NCBI GenBank assembly: GCA_016235455.1
Contig: JACRKZ010000043.1
Coordinates: forward strand, 38,290 to 102,289
DNA: 64,000 nucleotides
Source: Armatimonadota bacterium
GTDB lineage: Bacteria > Armatimonadota > UBA10988
Direction: 5' to 3'
Under the pieces are notes generated by a model that ran no database searches, had not been told where the DNA came from, and worked only from the letters and a program-made list of their open reading frames with translations. Below, piece by piece: positions 18,348 to 28,150 of the stretch; position 1 is the first letter of the stretch; the number at the start of each line of letters is the position of its first letter. The position numbers and the translations under genes are program-made.

Positions 18348-19506
18348 TCAGCCCACGCCGACCCACGCGCCCGCGCGCGCGCTGGCCAGGATGGCTTCGC
18401 ACAGCACGATCTCGCGGTGCCCGTCCGCAAACGTCGGGTAGCTCGGCTCGGCGGCGAAGTCGCCGGCATCCAGGTACTGGTAGAATGACCGGAAGCACTG
18501 CTTGAAGGTGTCGGGGAAGCCCTCGTTGTGCCCGCCGGGGAAGGCGATGTGCGCGCGCGCGCCCTCGCTGACCAGCGCCGGATCGCGCAGCAGCAGCTCG
18601 TTGGCGCGCTCGCGGTGGCCGATCCACAGCTCGTTGGGCCGTTCCGACTCCCAGTTGAGCGCGCACTCGCTGCCGGCCAGCTCGAAGCGCAGGCAGTTCT
18701 TGCGGCCGGCGGTGACTTGCGGTGACTTGGCTGCACCACAGAACGCCGCGCGCGCCGCCGGCAAAGCGCAGCAGGATCGCGCCGTAGTCCTCGGTGTCGA
18801 TGGTCACCGGCTCGGTGGCCCGTTGTCGCTCCACCTTCGCCTTGTAGGTCTCCACCTCGCCCAGCGGCCGCCGGCGCGTCTCGTGCACCGTCTTGAGGTC
18901 CGCGCAGACCGCCTCGACCTCCAGGCCGGTGATGTTGTGGATCAGATCGAGCCAGTGCGTGCCGACATCGGCCACGGCGCGCAGTTCACCACCTTCCGCG
19001 GCCAGCAGGCGCCAGTTGTAGTCGGTGTCCAAGAACAGCCAGTCCTGCACATAGCTGCCGCAGACCGAGTAGACGCGGCCCAGCCGGCCGTCGCGGGCCA
19101 TGGCCTTGGCCTCCAGGCAAACCGGGTAATAGCGGATGTTGTAGTTCACGCCGGCCACGAGACCGGTCGACCGGGCCAGGGCGACGAGTTCGGCCGACTC
19201 GGCCGAGTTCATGGCCAGCGGCTTCTCGCACAGCACGTGCTTGCCGGCTTGCAGCGCGGCTTTGGCCATGGGGTAGTGAAGCCGGTTGGGCACGGCGATA
19301 TGCACCGCGCGCACGCTGTCATCGGCCCAGACCTCGTCCAGCGAGAGGTAGGCGCGGTCGATGTCCAGGGCCGCCGCGGCGCGTCTGGACTCGGCCTCGT
19401 CGACGCCCATGATGCCTGCCACGCGTTGACCCGCGCGGCGCAGCGCCTCCACGTGTACCGGACCAATGAAACCAGCGCCGATGACGGCGGTGCCGAGCTT
19501 GCCCAT
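18348..19506 (-). pseudogene. Gfo/Idh/MocA oxidoreductase frameshifted by a 10-bp tandem duplication
   Basis: N-terminal half ([18 protein letters not shown]) and C-terminal half ([20 protein letters not shown]) lie in different frames. cggtgacttg is repeated at 18710-18729, and removing one copy gives an intact 382-aa ORF. Confidence 0.88.
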
Positions 19507-19597
19507 GACCCAATCCTCCAGCCCTCATTTGGCCGCGCGTGGTACGCCTCCTGCCTGTTGGGCGCCCGCGTGACAGACTAGCGGTGGGAGACAGGTC

Positions 19598-20605
19598 GTG
19601 GCGACAGAACACCAGGTTGTGCTCGTACCCGGCGATGGGATTGGCCCGGAGATCACCGGCGCCGTGCTGCGCATCATCGAGGCCAGCGGCGTGAAGATCG
19701 CCTGGCAGAGCCATGTGGCCGGGGCCGAGGCCATGGGCAGCAAGGGGACTCCGCTGCCCGACGAGCTGTTGACGGCCATCGACGAGGTGGGCATCTGCCT
19801 CAAGGGGCCGATCACCACACCCATCGGCCGCGGCTTCCAGAGCGTGAATGTGCAGCTCCGCAAGCATTTCGACCTGTATGCCAACCTGCGCCCGACGCAT
19901 TCGCTGCCGTGTCTGCCCACACCGTATGGTGAGATCGACCTGGTGGTCGTGCGCGAGAACACCGAGGACCTCTACTCGGGTATCGAGCACGAGGTGGTGC
20001 CCGGTGTGGTCGAGTCGATCAAGATCATCACCGAGCGAGCCTGTACGCGCATCGCCCAGTTTGCCTTCGACTATGCTATCAAGAACGGCCGCAAGAAGGT
20101 CACCGCCATCCACAAAGCCAATATCATGAAGCTATCGGATGGGCTGTTCCTGGCCTGCTGCCAGAAGGTGGCCGCCGAGTACCCGAGCATCGAGTACACC
20201 GAGATGATCGTGGACAACTGCGCCATGCAGTTGGTCATGCGGCCGCGGCAGTTCGACATGCTGCTGCTGGAGAATCTGTACGGCGACATCGTCTCGGACC
20301 TGTGCGCGGGCCTCGTGGGCGGCCTGGGCCTGGCGCCCGGCGCCAATCTGGGCCCCAAGCACGCGCTGTTCGAGGCGGTGCATGGTTCCGCGCCGGACAT
20401 CGCCGGTCTCGGCCTGGCCAATCCCACGGCGCTGCTGTTGGCGGCGCTGCTGATGCTGCGGCATTTGAACGAGATGGAAGCGGCGGACCGCATCTTTGAC
20501 GCTCTGCTCAAGGTGCTGGCCCAGCCCGAGCAGCGCACGCGCGACCTGGGCGGCCAGGCCAGCACGAGCGCCTTCGCCGAGGCGGTGGTGGCCGCCATGG
20601 AGTGA
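19598..20605 (+). CDS. icd: Isocitrate/isopropylmalate dehydrogenase family, probably NAD-dependent isocitrate dehydrogenase
   Basis: PGDGIGPEI, KGPITTP..SVNVQLRK, RENTEDLY, HKANIMK, NLYGDIVSD and EAVHGSAPDIAG. Confidence 0.88.
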   Translation: MATEHQVVLVPGDGIGPEITGAVLRIIEASGVKIAWQSHVAGAEAMGSKGTPLPDELLTAIDEVGICLKGPITTPIGRGFQSVNVQLRKHFDLYANLRPTHSLPCLPTPYGEIDLVVVRENTEDLYSGIEHEVVPGVVESIKIITERACTRIAQFAFDYAIKNGRKKVTAIHKANIMKLSDGLFLACCQKVAAEYPSIEYTEMIVDNCAMQLVMRPRQFDMLLLENLYGDIVSDLCAGLVGGLGLAPGANLGPKHALFEAVHGSAPDIAGLGLANPTALLLAALLMLRHLNEMEAADRIFDALLKVLAQPEQRTRDLGGQASTSAFAEAVVAAME

Positions 20606-20609
20606 TGTC

Positions 20610-21878
20610 ATGAACAGGGTGGCCTGGCTCGGTGCGTTGTTGGCCGTGGTGGCGGTTGGATTGCGGGCCGAGCCGTCAGCGCCCCTGCCCGATGTGGCGC
20701 TGCGCGGCGAGCTTGCGGCCGCCGAGCAGGCCGCGCCCGAGCCGGTCAAGCTGCTCATTGCCCAGGTCCGCGGCGAGTCGTTGCCCGACCGGCTGGCCGC
20801 CATGCTCAAGCTTCGCGCGCTGGGTCCCGACGGCGCGGGCGCCGTGCTGGCACTGGCCGAGCTGCTGTGGGGTGAGGCCGCCGACACGGTCGTGCTCGAC
20901 CTGCCGCCCACGCGGCTGCATCAGGCCGAAGTGGCCGCCTACGCCCTGGCCGGACTGGGCCAACGCGCCGTGGGCCCCCTGGTCCTGGCGCTGGCCAGCG
21001 ACTCCGATCTGTCCCACGACTGGGTGCTGCGCGCGCTGCGCGGCATCAACCCCAAGTGGACCAGCAGCGATGCCGCACGAGCCGAAGTGCCGGCGCTGAT
21101 GGACCAACTGACCAGTCCGCGCAGCAACGTGCGCAGCGCCGCGACCAAGGCGCTGGGCCTCTTGGGCGATAGTCGTGCGCTGCCCCGGCTCGCGCTGCTG
21201 CTGACCTCGGCCACCGAGGCGCTCGATGTGCGGCTGGCCGCGGCGAAGGCTATCGCCGCGCTCGACGCCCCCGACGTGGCGGCGCGGCTGGCCGACGCGC
21301 TGACCGACCCCGAGCCGACGCTGCGGCTGGCGGTGGTTGATGCGCTGAGCCTGCGCCGGCCAGTGCCCACCGAGCCGCTGCTGCGCGCGCTGGCCGACAG
21401 CGAACCGCAAGTGCGTGCCGCCGCGGTCTCCGCACTGCGCTATGGCCAGGGCACGACCGTCGTCAACGCCGTGGCCCAGTGCCTGCGCGATGCCGACAAG
21501 CGCGTGCGCGAAATGGCCGCGGTGTCGCTGGGCGACCTGCGCGATTCCACCGCGCTGGACCCGCTGCTGGCCGCGCTGGCGGACCCGGTGCGCTCGGTGA
21601 AGGAGGAGGTGCTCTTCGCCCTGGCCCGCCTCGGCGACAAGCGCGCGGTGCCCAAGCTGATCTTCACCGCCCAGGACGAGGACCCGCGCATCCGCGAGCT
21701 GTCCGCGCGGGCGCTCGGCCGGTTCCGGGAGCGCGCCGGGCTGGAGACGCTGGTGCTGCTGCTGGACGACGAGCCCAACGTGGCGCTGGCCGCGTTGGCC
21801 AGTCTGGAGGGCATCAGTGGCCAGAAGCTGGGCAAGACCCGCGCCGCGTGGGAAGCCTGGCTCAAGAACCAGAGGTAG
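20610..21878 (+). CDS. Secreted HEAT/PBS-lyase repeat protein
   Basis: Start MNRVAW at 20610, signal peptide, and repeated L.D....VR..A..AL units. Confidence 0.85.
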   Translation: MNRVAWLGALLAVVAVGLRAEPSAPLPDVALRGELAAAEQAAPEPVKLLIAQVRGESLPDRLAAMLKLRALGPDGAGAVLALAELLWGEAADTVVLDLPPTRLHQAEVAAYALAGLGQRAVGPLVLALASDSDLSHDWVLRALRGINPKWTSSDAARAEVPALMDQLTSPRSNVRSAATKALGLLGDSRALPRLALLLTSATEALDVRLAAAKAIAALDAPDVAARLADALTDPEPTLRLAVVDALSLRRPVPTEPLLRALADSEPQVRAAAVSALRYGQGTTVVNAVAQCLRDADKRVREMAAVSLGDLRDSTALDPLLAALADPVRSVKEEVLFALARLGDKRAVPKLIFTAQDEDPRIRELSARALGRFRERAGLETLVLLLDDEPNVALAALASLEGISGQKLGKTRAAWEAWLKNQR

Positions 21879-21893
21879 CCGACCGGTTCGCCG

Positions 21894-24800
21894 TCACTTG
21901 GCCAGTGCCGCCACCTCCGTCGCGCTCAGCGCGCGGCTGAAGACGCGCATGTCGCGCAGTTCGCCCACGAAGAAGCGGCGGCTGTTCTTGTCCTCGCTCT
22001 CCTGGCTGTAGCCCAGGCGATAGGGCTTGGGTGACAGGTTCTTCGCCTCGTAGGCGGTCTGTGCGACCTCCTTGCCGCCCACATACAGCCGGGCTGACTT
22101 GCCATCGAAGGCCAGCGCCACCTGCTGCCACTCGCCGGGAAGCGCGGCGACGCCGGTGTCCCACCAGCCGCGGCCGTCCAGCCGGGCGCGGAACCGGCCG
22201 CCCTCGATGCTCAGCCCGCCGCCCTGACGCGCGCCGTCGCGTTCATCGCGCGAGCAGAAGACCGGTCGGGTACCGTCGACGGCGGTCGGCTTGATCCATG
22301 CCGAGAGCGTGCGCGTCGCGCCGTTGCGCAGACCGGAGTCGGCCGTGGTGGCCTGGCCGTCGAAGGTCTTGGCCGCAGGCAGGAAGGCGCCCATCAGCGC
22401 GCCGGTGCGGGCCATCTCCGCACCGAGTTCGGCGTCGGTCAGCGCCACGTTGTAACAGCGCACATCGGCCACCTGACCGGCGAACAGCCGGCCGTTGCCA
22501 CCGCGCCCGACGAAGTTGGCCTGCGGCCGACCGTAAGCGGCGCGCAGGTCGACCGCGGCCGGCAGCGCGGCGCTGCTCGGCTGCCCATCGACATACAGCG
22601 TGACCTTGTCCGGAGCCAGCACCGCGGCCAGATGCGCCCACTGGCCGGCCGGCAGGCGGCGCGCGCCGCTGATGGCGACGCTCTGCTTGCCCAGCGCGAG
22701 GCTCAGGCTCGGCAGGCCCCGGGCGTCCGCCGGGGTCAACGTGAGCGCGCGGTCGCTCGCGCCGGCCAGATGCAGCAGTGGCTGATCGGCGGGGCCCGCA
22801 CCGGGCTTGCACCACAGGCCGATGGTCAACGCCGTGGCATCGACCACGCTGTCGTCCAGCTCGATCCATTGGTTGCGGCCGTTGAGCGTGACCACCGAGC
22901 CATGCCCAGCGTCGGTCACCCGTGCCGGCACACCGCGCAGCGTGGCGTTCAGGCTGCCGAACTCGTCCAACGCCACCTGCCCGTCGGGCTCGTCGAAGCG
23001 GTACGAGGCGGTCAGGCCGCGCGGCTTGCGCTGCACCTGACACCAGTACTCATTCCACCAGCCGCCCCACGGCACGTGGTTGTAGTGCACGCCGTCGGCC
23101 AGCTTGAAGTCCATGGAGTAGTCGTACTCCAGGATGGCATGGCCGCTGACCTCGGCGTTCCAGGGCTGGGTGCAGCCGCGGAAGACGGCCTGATCGCGGG
23201 CCTGCACGCGGTCCAGGTCGGCGCTGTCCTGCACCAGCACATCGCCCGCGACACGGCAGTCGCTGCGCAGTTTGGCGTGGTCGCGGATGCGGGCGTGCCC
23301 CTTGACCTGGCTGCCGTCGCGCACCACCGCGCAGCCGCTGACCTGGGCGTCCTCGTCCACCACGGCGCGGTCGGCCACCAGGGCGTAGTCGTCGATGCGC
23401 GCCCGGCCCAGCACCTGGGCGGCATCCAGCACGCGGGCGTTGGGACCCACGTAAGCCGTGTCGGCCACCTTGGCGGTGTCGGCCACGAACCCGCCACCGT
23501 TGGGATGCTTGTGCCCGGCGGGCAGCGGCCACTGCGCGGCGCGCGGCCGCGGCACGGCGCCGGTCAGCCGCACCTCGTAGGGGTAGCGCCGGAAGCTGGG
23601 GTCGCGGTCCAGCGGGTGCTCATGTTGCAGGCCGTGCTGGCTGCCGTCGAGCTGGTCCGGCGTGGCCACCACCACCAGGTAGACGCGGTCCTCACCAGGA
23701 TTGAGCTTGAGGCTGCCCAGACCGGGCCGGAAGACCGGGCTGTAGCGCGGCTTGCCCTCGCCCTTCTGTGCCACGAGCGACCAGCGCCAGTCTTCGCCGG
23801 CGCCCGGCAGGTCCAGCCCGCGCAGTTCGGCGGTGACCGTCGCACCGTCGCGCGCGGGTGCCAGCTCGGAGAACATGTAGCCGTAGCGCATGGGCGCGCG
23901 GCCCCAGGCGACGCGGTACCAGCCGGCCTCGGCGGCCAGCGGTTCCAGGTCGGCGCCTGTGGCCTGGTCCATGTAGGCCGCCTCGCGCGGGTTGGGGCGC
24001 AACTGCGCTTTCATCTTGTCGCCCGCCTTCAGGTCGAGCGTCACCCAGTAGCGCAGCGCCTCGCCGGCGACATCCTTGATGGAGCGGCCCGCGGGCAGCA
24101 CCGAGGCCAGCTTCTTCCAGACCACCTGCTCCTTGTCCCCGTCTCGCCACAGCCGCGCGACGATGTCGGCGGGCAGGCCGTAGTCCACCGCGTAGTCGTC
24201 CAGCACGTTGTAGATGCGGAAATCGGCGTAGATCAGCCGGAACTGGTCCTGCTGGAAGCACGACAGATCCAACATGCCGCGACCCACATCGGAGACGTGG
24301 CCGGGGAACAGGTCGCTGTACAACGAGTTGCGCAGGCTGCGCAGGTAGTTGGCATGCGATTCCCAGTAGGAGCCGGTCAGGAAGCCGGGTTGCGCGCCCT
24401 GCACGACATGGCCGAACTCGTGCGGCATGGGGTTGCCCCAGCCCTCATCCAGCAAGCCGCCGCCGCCGATGTTCAGGTAGCCAAAGCCGTTCTGGCCACC
24501 CATCCAGAACCCGCCGTACCAGGTGGTGACGTTGACCTTGTAGCGCTTGCCATCGCGTTTGGCGGCATCGCCGCAGACGAACGGCTCAGCATAGCCGCGG
24601 AGCTTGCAGTAGACCTGATAGCACTCCTCGACCATGCGCTGCGCGCGACGGCCCATGACCTGCGGATCGAAGTTCCGGAACTCGTTGTAGCTCTGCTTGG
24701 ACCACCAGAAGGTGCAGTGCTTGGACTCGCTGTGCTGCGTGTCGGCCATGGTCTCCTTGGGCCATTTGTCCACGCCCACGAAGATGTTCAGATCGGTGTT

Positions 24801-25265
24801 GACTGCCAGTTCATCGCCGGGCACATCGCCCACCTCGACATACTCGGCCTCGGCGCCGGCGGGCAGGTTGAGCCGCAGGTCGCGCAGCGTGTCGCGCCAG
24901 GGCACCTCCAGGCCCAGGTCCAGCCGGTAGGTGTGCCAGGCGCCATCCCAGATCAGCTTGGCCGCGGGCAGGCTGATGCGGCGCCTGGCCGGCTCCAGGC
25001 CGGGCGCCACGCTCGTGCCGTAGTCGATGCTGAGCGGCACGGCGGCCTTGGGCAGCCGCAGGCGCAGTTGCAGGTAGTCGTTGTAGCCCAGGTCCAGATC
25101 AGGCCCCTTGGCCAACTCCTTGGCCTCGACCACCGGCTGCCAGACCGTGGCCTTGACCAGCCGGTCCGGCGGATCCACCTGCACCGTGAACGGCTCGCCG
25201 GCCCACAACGGGGCCAGGCAGGCGGGCACGACAGCCAGCAACAACCAGCGACGGCACAGCATCAT
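21894..25265 (-). CDS. Secreted HExxH metallopeptidase-like (DUF6055 / Svx-AvrXca-like) protein with hexapeptide-repeat region and two LamG domains
   Basis: PHEFGH plus downstream WESHAN, HPNGGGFVADTAKVADTAYVGPNARV beta-helix, and two W.H.A..LY.G LamG modules. Confidence 0.75.
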   Translation of the reverse strand: MMLCRRWLLLAVVPACLAPLWAGEPFTVQVDPPDRLVKATVWQPVVEAKELAKGPDLDLGYNDYLQLRLRLPKAAVPLSIDYGTSVAPGLEPARRRISLPAAKLIWDGAWHTYRLDLGLEVPWRDTLRDLRLNLPAGAEAEYVEVGDVPGDELAVNTDLNIFVGVDKWPKETMADTQHSESKHCTFWWSKQSYNEFRNFDPQVMGRRAQRMVEECYQVYCKLRGYAEPFVCGDAAKRDGKRYKVNVTTWYGGFWMGGQNGFGYLNIGGGGLLDEGWGNPMPHEFGHVVQGAQPGFLTGSYWESHANYLRSLRNSLYSDLFPGHVSDVGRGMLDLSCFQQDQFRLIYADFRIYNVLDDYAVDYGLPADIVARLWRDGDKEQVVWKKLASVLPAGRSIKDVAGEALRYWVTLDLKAGDKMKAQLRPNPREAAYMDQATGADLEPLAAEAGWYRVAWGRAPMRYGYMFSELAPARDGATVTAELRGLDLPGAGEDWRWSLVAQKGEGKPRYSPVFRPGLGSLKLNPGEDRVYLVVVATPDQLDGSQHGLQHEHPLDRDPSFRRYPYEVRLTGAVPRPRAAQWPLPAGHKHPNGGGFVADTAKVADTAYVGPNARVLDAAQVLGRARIDDYALVADRAVVDEDAQVSGCAVVRDGSQVKGHARIRDHAKLRSDCRVAGDVLVQDSADLDRVQARDQAVFRGCTQPWNAEVSGHAILEYDYSMDFKLADGVHYNHVPWGGWWNEYWCQVQRKPRGLTASYRFDEPDGQVALDEFGSLNATLRGVPARVTDAGHGSVVTLNGRNQWIELDDSVVDATALTIGLWCKPGAGPADQPLLHLAGASDRALTLTPADARGLPSLSLALGKQSVAISGARRLPAGQWAHLAAVLAPDKVTLYVDGQPSSAALPAAVDLRAAYGRPQANFVGRGGNGRLFAGQVADVRCYNVALTDAELGAEMARTGALMGAFLPAAKTFDGQATTADSGLRNGATRTLSAWIKPTAVDGTRPVFCSRDERDGARQGGGLSIEGGRFRARLDGRGWWDTGVAALPGEWQQVALAFDGKSARLYVGGKEVAQTAYEAKNLSPKPYRLGYSQESEDKNSRRFFVGELRDMRVFSRALSATEVAALAK

Positions 25266-25434
25266 CAGCGCTCCCAGCCGCAGTGTGGCCGATGCGCCGT
25301 TGGCGCCACCACCCGGTTAGCGATTGGCTCGTTGACCGATCCGATTGCCTGCGGGGCTGTGCTCCATCGCGATCCGCGTGCCTTCCAGAAGGAAAGGGCG
25401 CCATGCTCCGAATACCTCGTTTCAGGAGACGGCC

Positions 25435-28146
25435 GTGATCGCATCCCTCGCCGTGCTTGGCGCGCTGATATCGGCAACCGCGCCACCCCCTGTCGTCTGG
25501 ACCACACCGAGTGCGGATGTCAACGGCACCATGCCGCTGGGCAACGGCGAGATCGGCGTCAATGCCTGGGTCGATGCCGCGGGCGATCTGCGCTTCTACT
25601 TTGGTCGCACCGACACCTGGGACGAGCATGGCCGGCTGCTCAAGATCGGCGCCCTGCGCGTGCGCGTGGGCGACGGCTCAACCGGCCGCACCAAGGTCTT
25701 CCGGCAGGCACTCGAGGTCGAGCGCGGCCGGCTGACCTGTGCCTACGGCCAGGGCGACGAGCGCGTCGAGTTGGCGCTGTGGGTCGATGCCAACCGGCCG
25801 GTGATCGTGGTCGAGGCGACCTCGGCCCAGCCGCAGACCGCGGAGATCACCGCCGAGCTGTGGCGCACCGTGGCCGAGACGCTGGCTAGCGTGGAGTGCA
25901 GCGACATCTACAATGCGCGGCCCGAGAAGACCGTTGTGCCGCCCGACACCATCCTCGCCGGCCTGCGCGACCGCATCGGCTGGTACCACGAGAACCAGCA
26001 GTCGGTCGGCCCCAAGCTGTGCGCCGAGATCCAGGGCGTGGCCAGCTTCGAGCGGCCCGACCCGTTGCTCGGCCGCACCTTCGGCGCCCTGGTGCGCGGC
26101 GAGGGCGGCCGGCGTATCGACGACACGCGCCTGGGCTCGGTCGCCGGTACGCGCCATGTGTTCGAGATCGCCGCGCTGACCGAGTATCCGTCGGACGGTC
26201 GGCGCTGGCAGGCCGCCGCCGAGCAGGTGCTCGAGGAGGCGGACCGCCTCCCGCTGGATGTTCGCCGTGCCGAGCATGAGGGCTGGTGGCAGGCCTGGGG
26301 CCAGCGCAGTTGGATTCGCCTGAGTGGCTCTCCGCAGGAGAGCCACGACGGTGTGGTGCCGGCCAACCCGATGAACGTGCGCGTCGGCTGCGACTCGCAT
26401 GGCGGCAGCCGCTTCCACGGCGCGGTCGGCCTGGTGGTGATGCGCGACGGCGCGCTGGACGACGCGGCCGTGGCCAAGCTGGCCGCCGAGCGCGGCGAGG
26501 CGACCACGGCCCTCGGCGAGCAAGCCGGCACGGCGGGGCTGGTGGGTCGCGGCGGGCTGACGCTGGCGGCCTGGATCAAGCCCGATGAGCTGCTGGCCGG
26601 CGGTCAGCGCATCCTGGACAAGATCACCGTCGGCGAGTCCGACGGCTTCCTGCTCGACGCCTATCCCGGCCCCGGCCTGCGCTGCATCGTCGGCCCGACC
26701 ACGGTCAGCGTGCCGAACGTGCTGAAGGCCGGCGAGTGGCAGCATGTCGCCGCCGTGGTCGGGCCGGACGGCGTCGTCTCGCTGTACGTCAACGGCAAGC
26801 GCCTGCCCACCGGCGCCGCCAGCGGCGCGGTGGCCGAGGGCAGTGACGCCGAGGTGGTCAGCCGCGCCTACCTGCTCCAGCGCTACGTGCAGACCTGCGC
26901 GGGCCGCGGGCGCTATCCCATCAAGTTCAACGGCTCGCTGTTCACCGTGCCCTCGGCAGGGGCGCCGGGCGACGCCGACTATCGCCGCTGGGGACCCGGC
27001 TACTGGTGGCAGAACACGCGGCTGCCCTACTACTCGATGTGTGCCGCGGGCGACTACGAGCAGATGGAGCCGCTGTTCAGGATGTATGCGCGCGACCTGC
27101 TGCCGTTGGCTGCCTACCGCACCAAGGTCAACCTTGGCCATGCCGGGGCGTACATTCCCGAGTGCATCTACTTCTGGGGCGACATGTTCACCGAGACCTA
27201 CGGCTGGCAGCCCGCCGCCGAGCGGAAGGACAAGCTCCAGGCCAGCGGCTGGCACAAGTACGAGTGGGTCTCGGGCCTGGAACTGTGCTGGCTGCTGCTC
27301 GATACCTACGACCACACCGGCGACACGCGGCTGCTGAGCGACACGCTGCTACCCACGGCGCGGCAGATCCTGACCTTCTTCGACCAGCACTACGCGCTGG
27401 ACGAGCAGGGCAAGCTGAAGATGACGCCGAGCCAGGCGCTGGAGACCTGGTGGGACTGCACCAACCCCATGCCCGAGCTGGCCGGCCTGCATGCCGTGAC
27501 CCAGCGGCTGCTGGCCCTGGGCGACCGGCTGCCCGCGGGCGACCGCGCCTTCGTCACGGCCTTGGCCGCCAAGCTGGCGCCGCTGCCCACGCGCGACACG
27601 CCCGACGGCCCGGCCCTGGCGCCCGCGGCGCGTTTCGCCAATAAGCCGAACATCGAGAATCCCGAGCTGTATGCGGTCTTCCCCTTCCGCCTGTGCAGCT
27701 TCGACCGCGACAACCGCGCGTTGGGCGAGCGGGCGCTGACGCACCGCTGGGACCGGGGCGACTCGGGTTGGCGCCAGGACAGTCTGTTCGCCGCCTACCT
27801 GGGCCAGGCCGACGAGACCCGGCGCTCACTGGTCAAGCGCGCGCGCAGCAAGCACAGCGCCTCGCGCTTCCCGGTGTTCTGGGGGCCGAACTACGACTGG
27901 ATCCCCGACCAGGACCACGGCAGCGTGCTGCTGGCCACGCTCCAGTCGATGCTCATGCAGACCGACGGCAGCACGATCTGGCTGCTGCCGGCCTGGCCCA
28001 AGGACTGGGACTGCGAGTTCCGGCTCCATGCGCCGGGGCAGACCACGCTGACTGGCCGGGTGCGTGGGGGTCGGGTGGAGGGTCTGGTGGTGACGCCGAA
28101 AGCGCGGGCGGCCGACGTGGTCATCGTGCCGCCCGCTATGCACTGA
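25435..28146 (+). CDS. DUF5703 / GH95-like (alpha/alpha)6 glycoside hydrolase with inserted LamG-like domain
   Basis: GTG start after GGAG, MPLGNG, FNGSLF, WWQNTRLPY, NIENPELY, PDQDHG and LLPAWP.DW...F.LHAP. Confidence 0.8.
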   Translation: MIASLAVLGALISATAPPPVVWTTPSADVNGTMPLGNGEIGVNAWVDAAGDLRFYFGRTDTWDEHGRLLKIGALRVRVGDGSTGRTKVFRQALEVERGRLTCAYGQGDERVELALWVDANRPVIVVEATSAQPQTAEITAELWRTVAETLASVECSDIYNARPEKTVVPPDTILAGLRDRIGWYHENQQSVGPKLCAEIQGVASFERPDPLLGRTFGALVRGEGGRRIDDTRLGSVAGTRHVFEIAALTEYPSDGRRWQAAAEQVLEEADRLPLDVRRAEHEGWWQAWGQRSWIRLSGSPQESHDGVVPANPMNVRVGCDSHGGSRFHGAVGLVVMRDGALDDAAVAKLAAERGEATTALGEQAGTAGLVGRGGLTLAAWIKPDELLAGGQRILDKITVGESDGFLLDAYPGPGLRCIVGPTTVSVPNVLKAGEWQHVAAVVGPDGVVSLYVNGKRLPTGAASGAVAEGSDAEVVSRAYLLQRYVQTCAGRGRYPIKFNGSLFTVPSAGAPGDADYRRWGPGYWWQNTRLPYYSMCAAGDYEQMEPLFRMYARDLLPLAAYRTKVNLGHAGAYIPECIYFWGDMFTETYGWQPAAERKDKLQASGWHKYEWVSGLELCWLLLDTYDHTGDTRLLSDTLLPTARQILTFFDQHYALDEQGKLKMTPSQALETWWDCTNPMPELAGLHAVTQRLLALGDRLPAGDRAFVTALAAKLAPLPTRDTPDGPALAPAARFANKPNIENPELYAVFPFRLCSFDRDNRALGERALTHRWDRGDSGWRQDSLFAAYLGQADETRRSLVKRARSKHSASRFPVFWGPNYDWIPDQDHGSVLLATLQSMLMQTDGSTIWLLPAWPKDWDCEFRLHAPGQTTLTGRVRGGRVEGLVVTPKARAADVVIVPPAMH

Positions 28147-28150
28147 GGAA

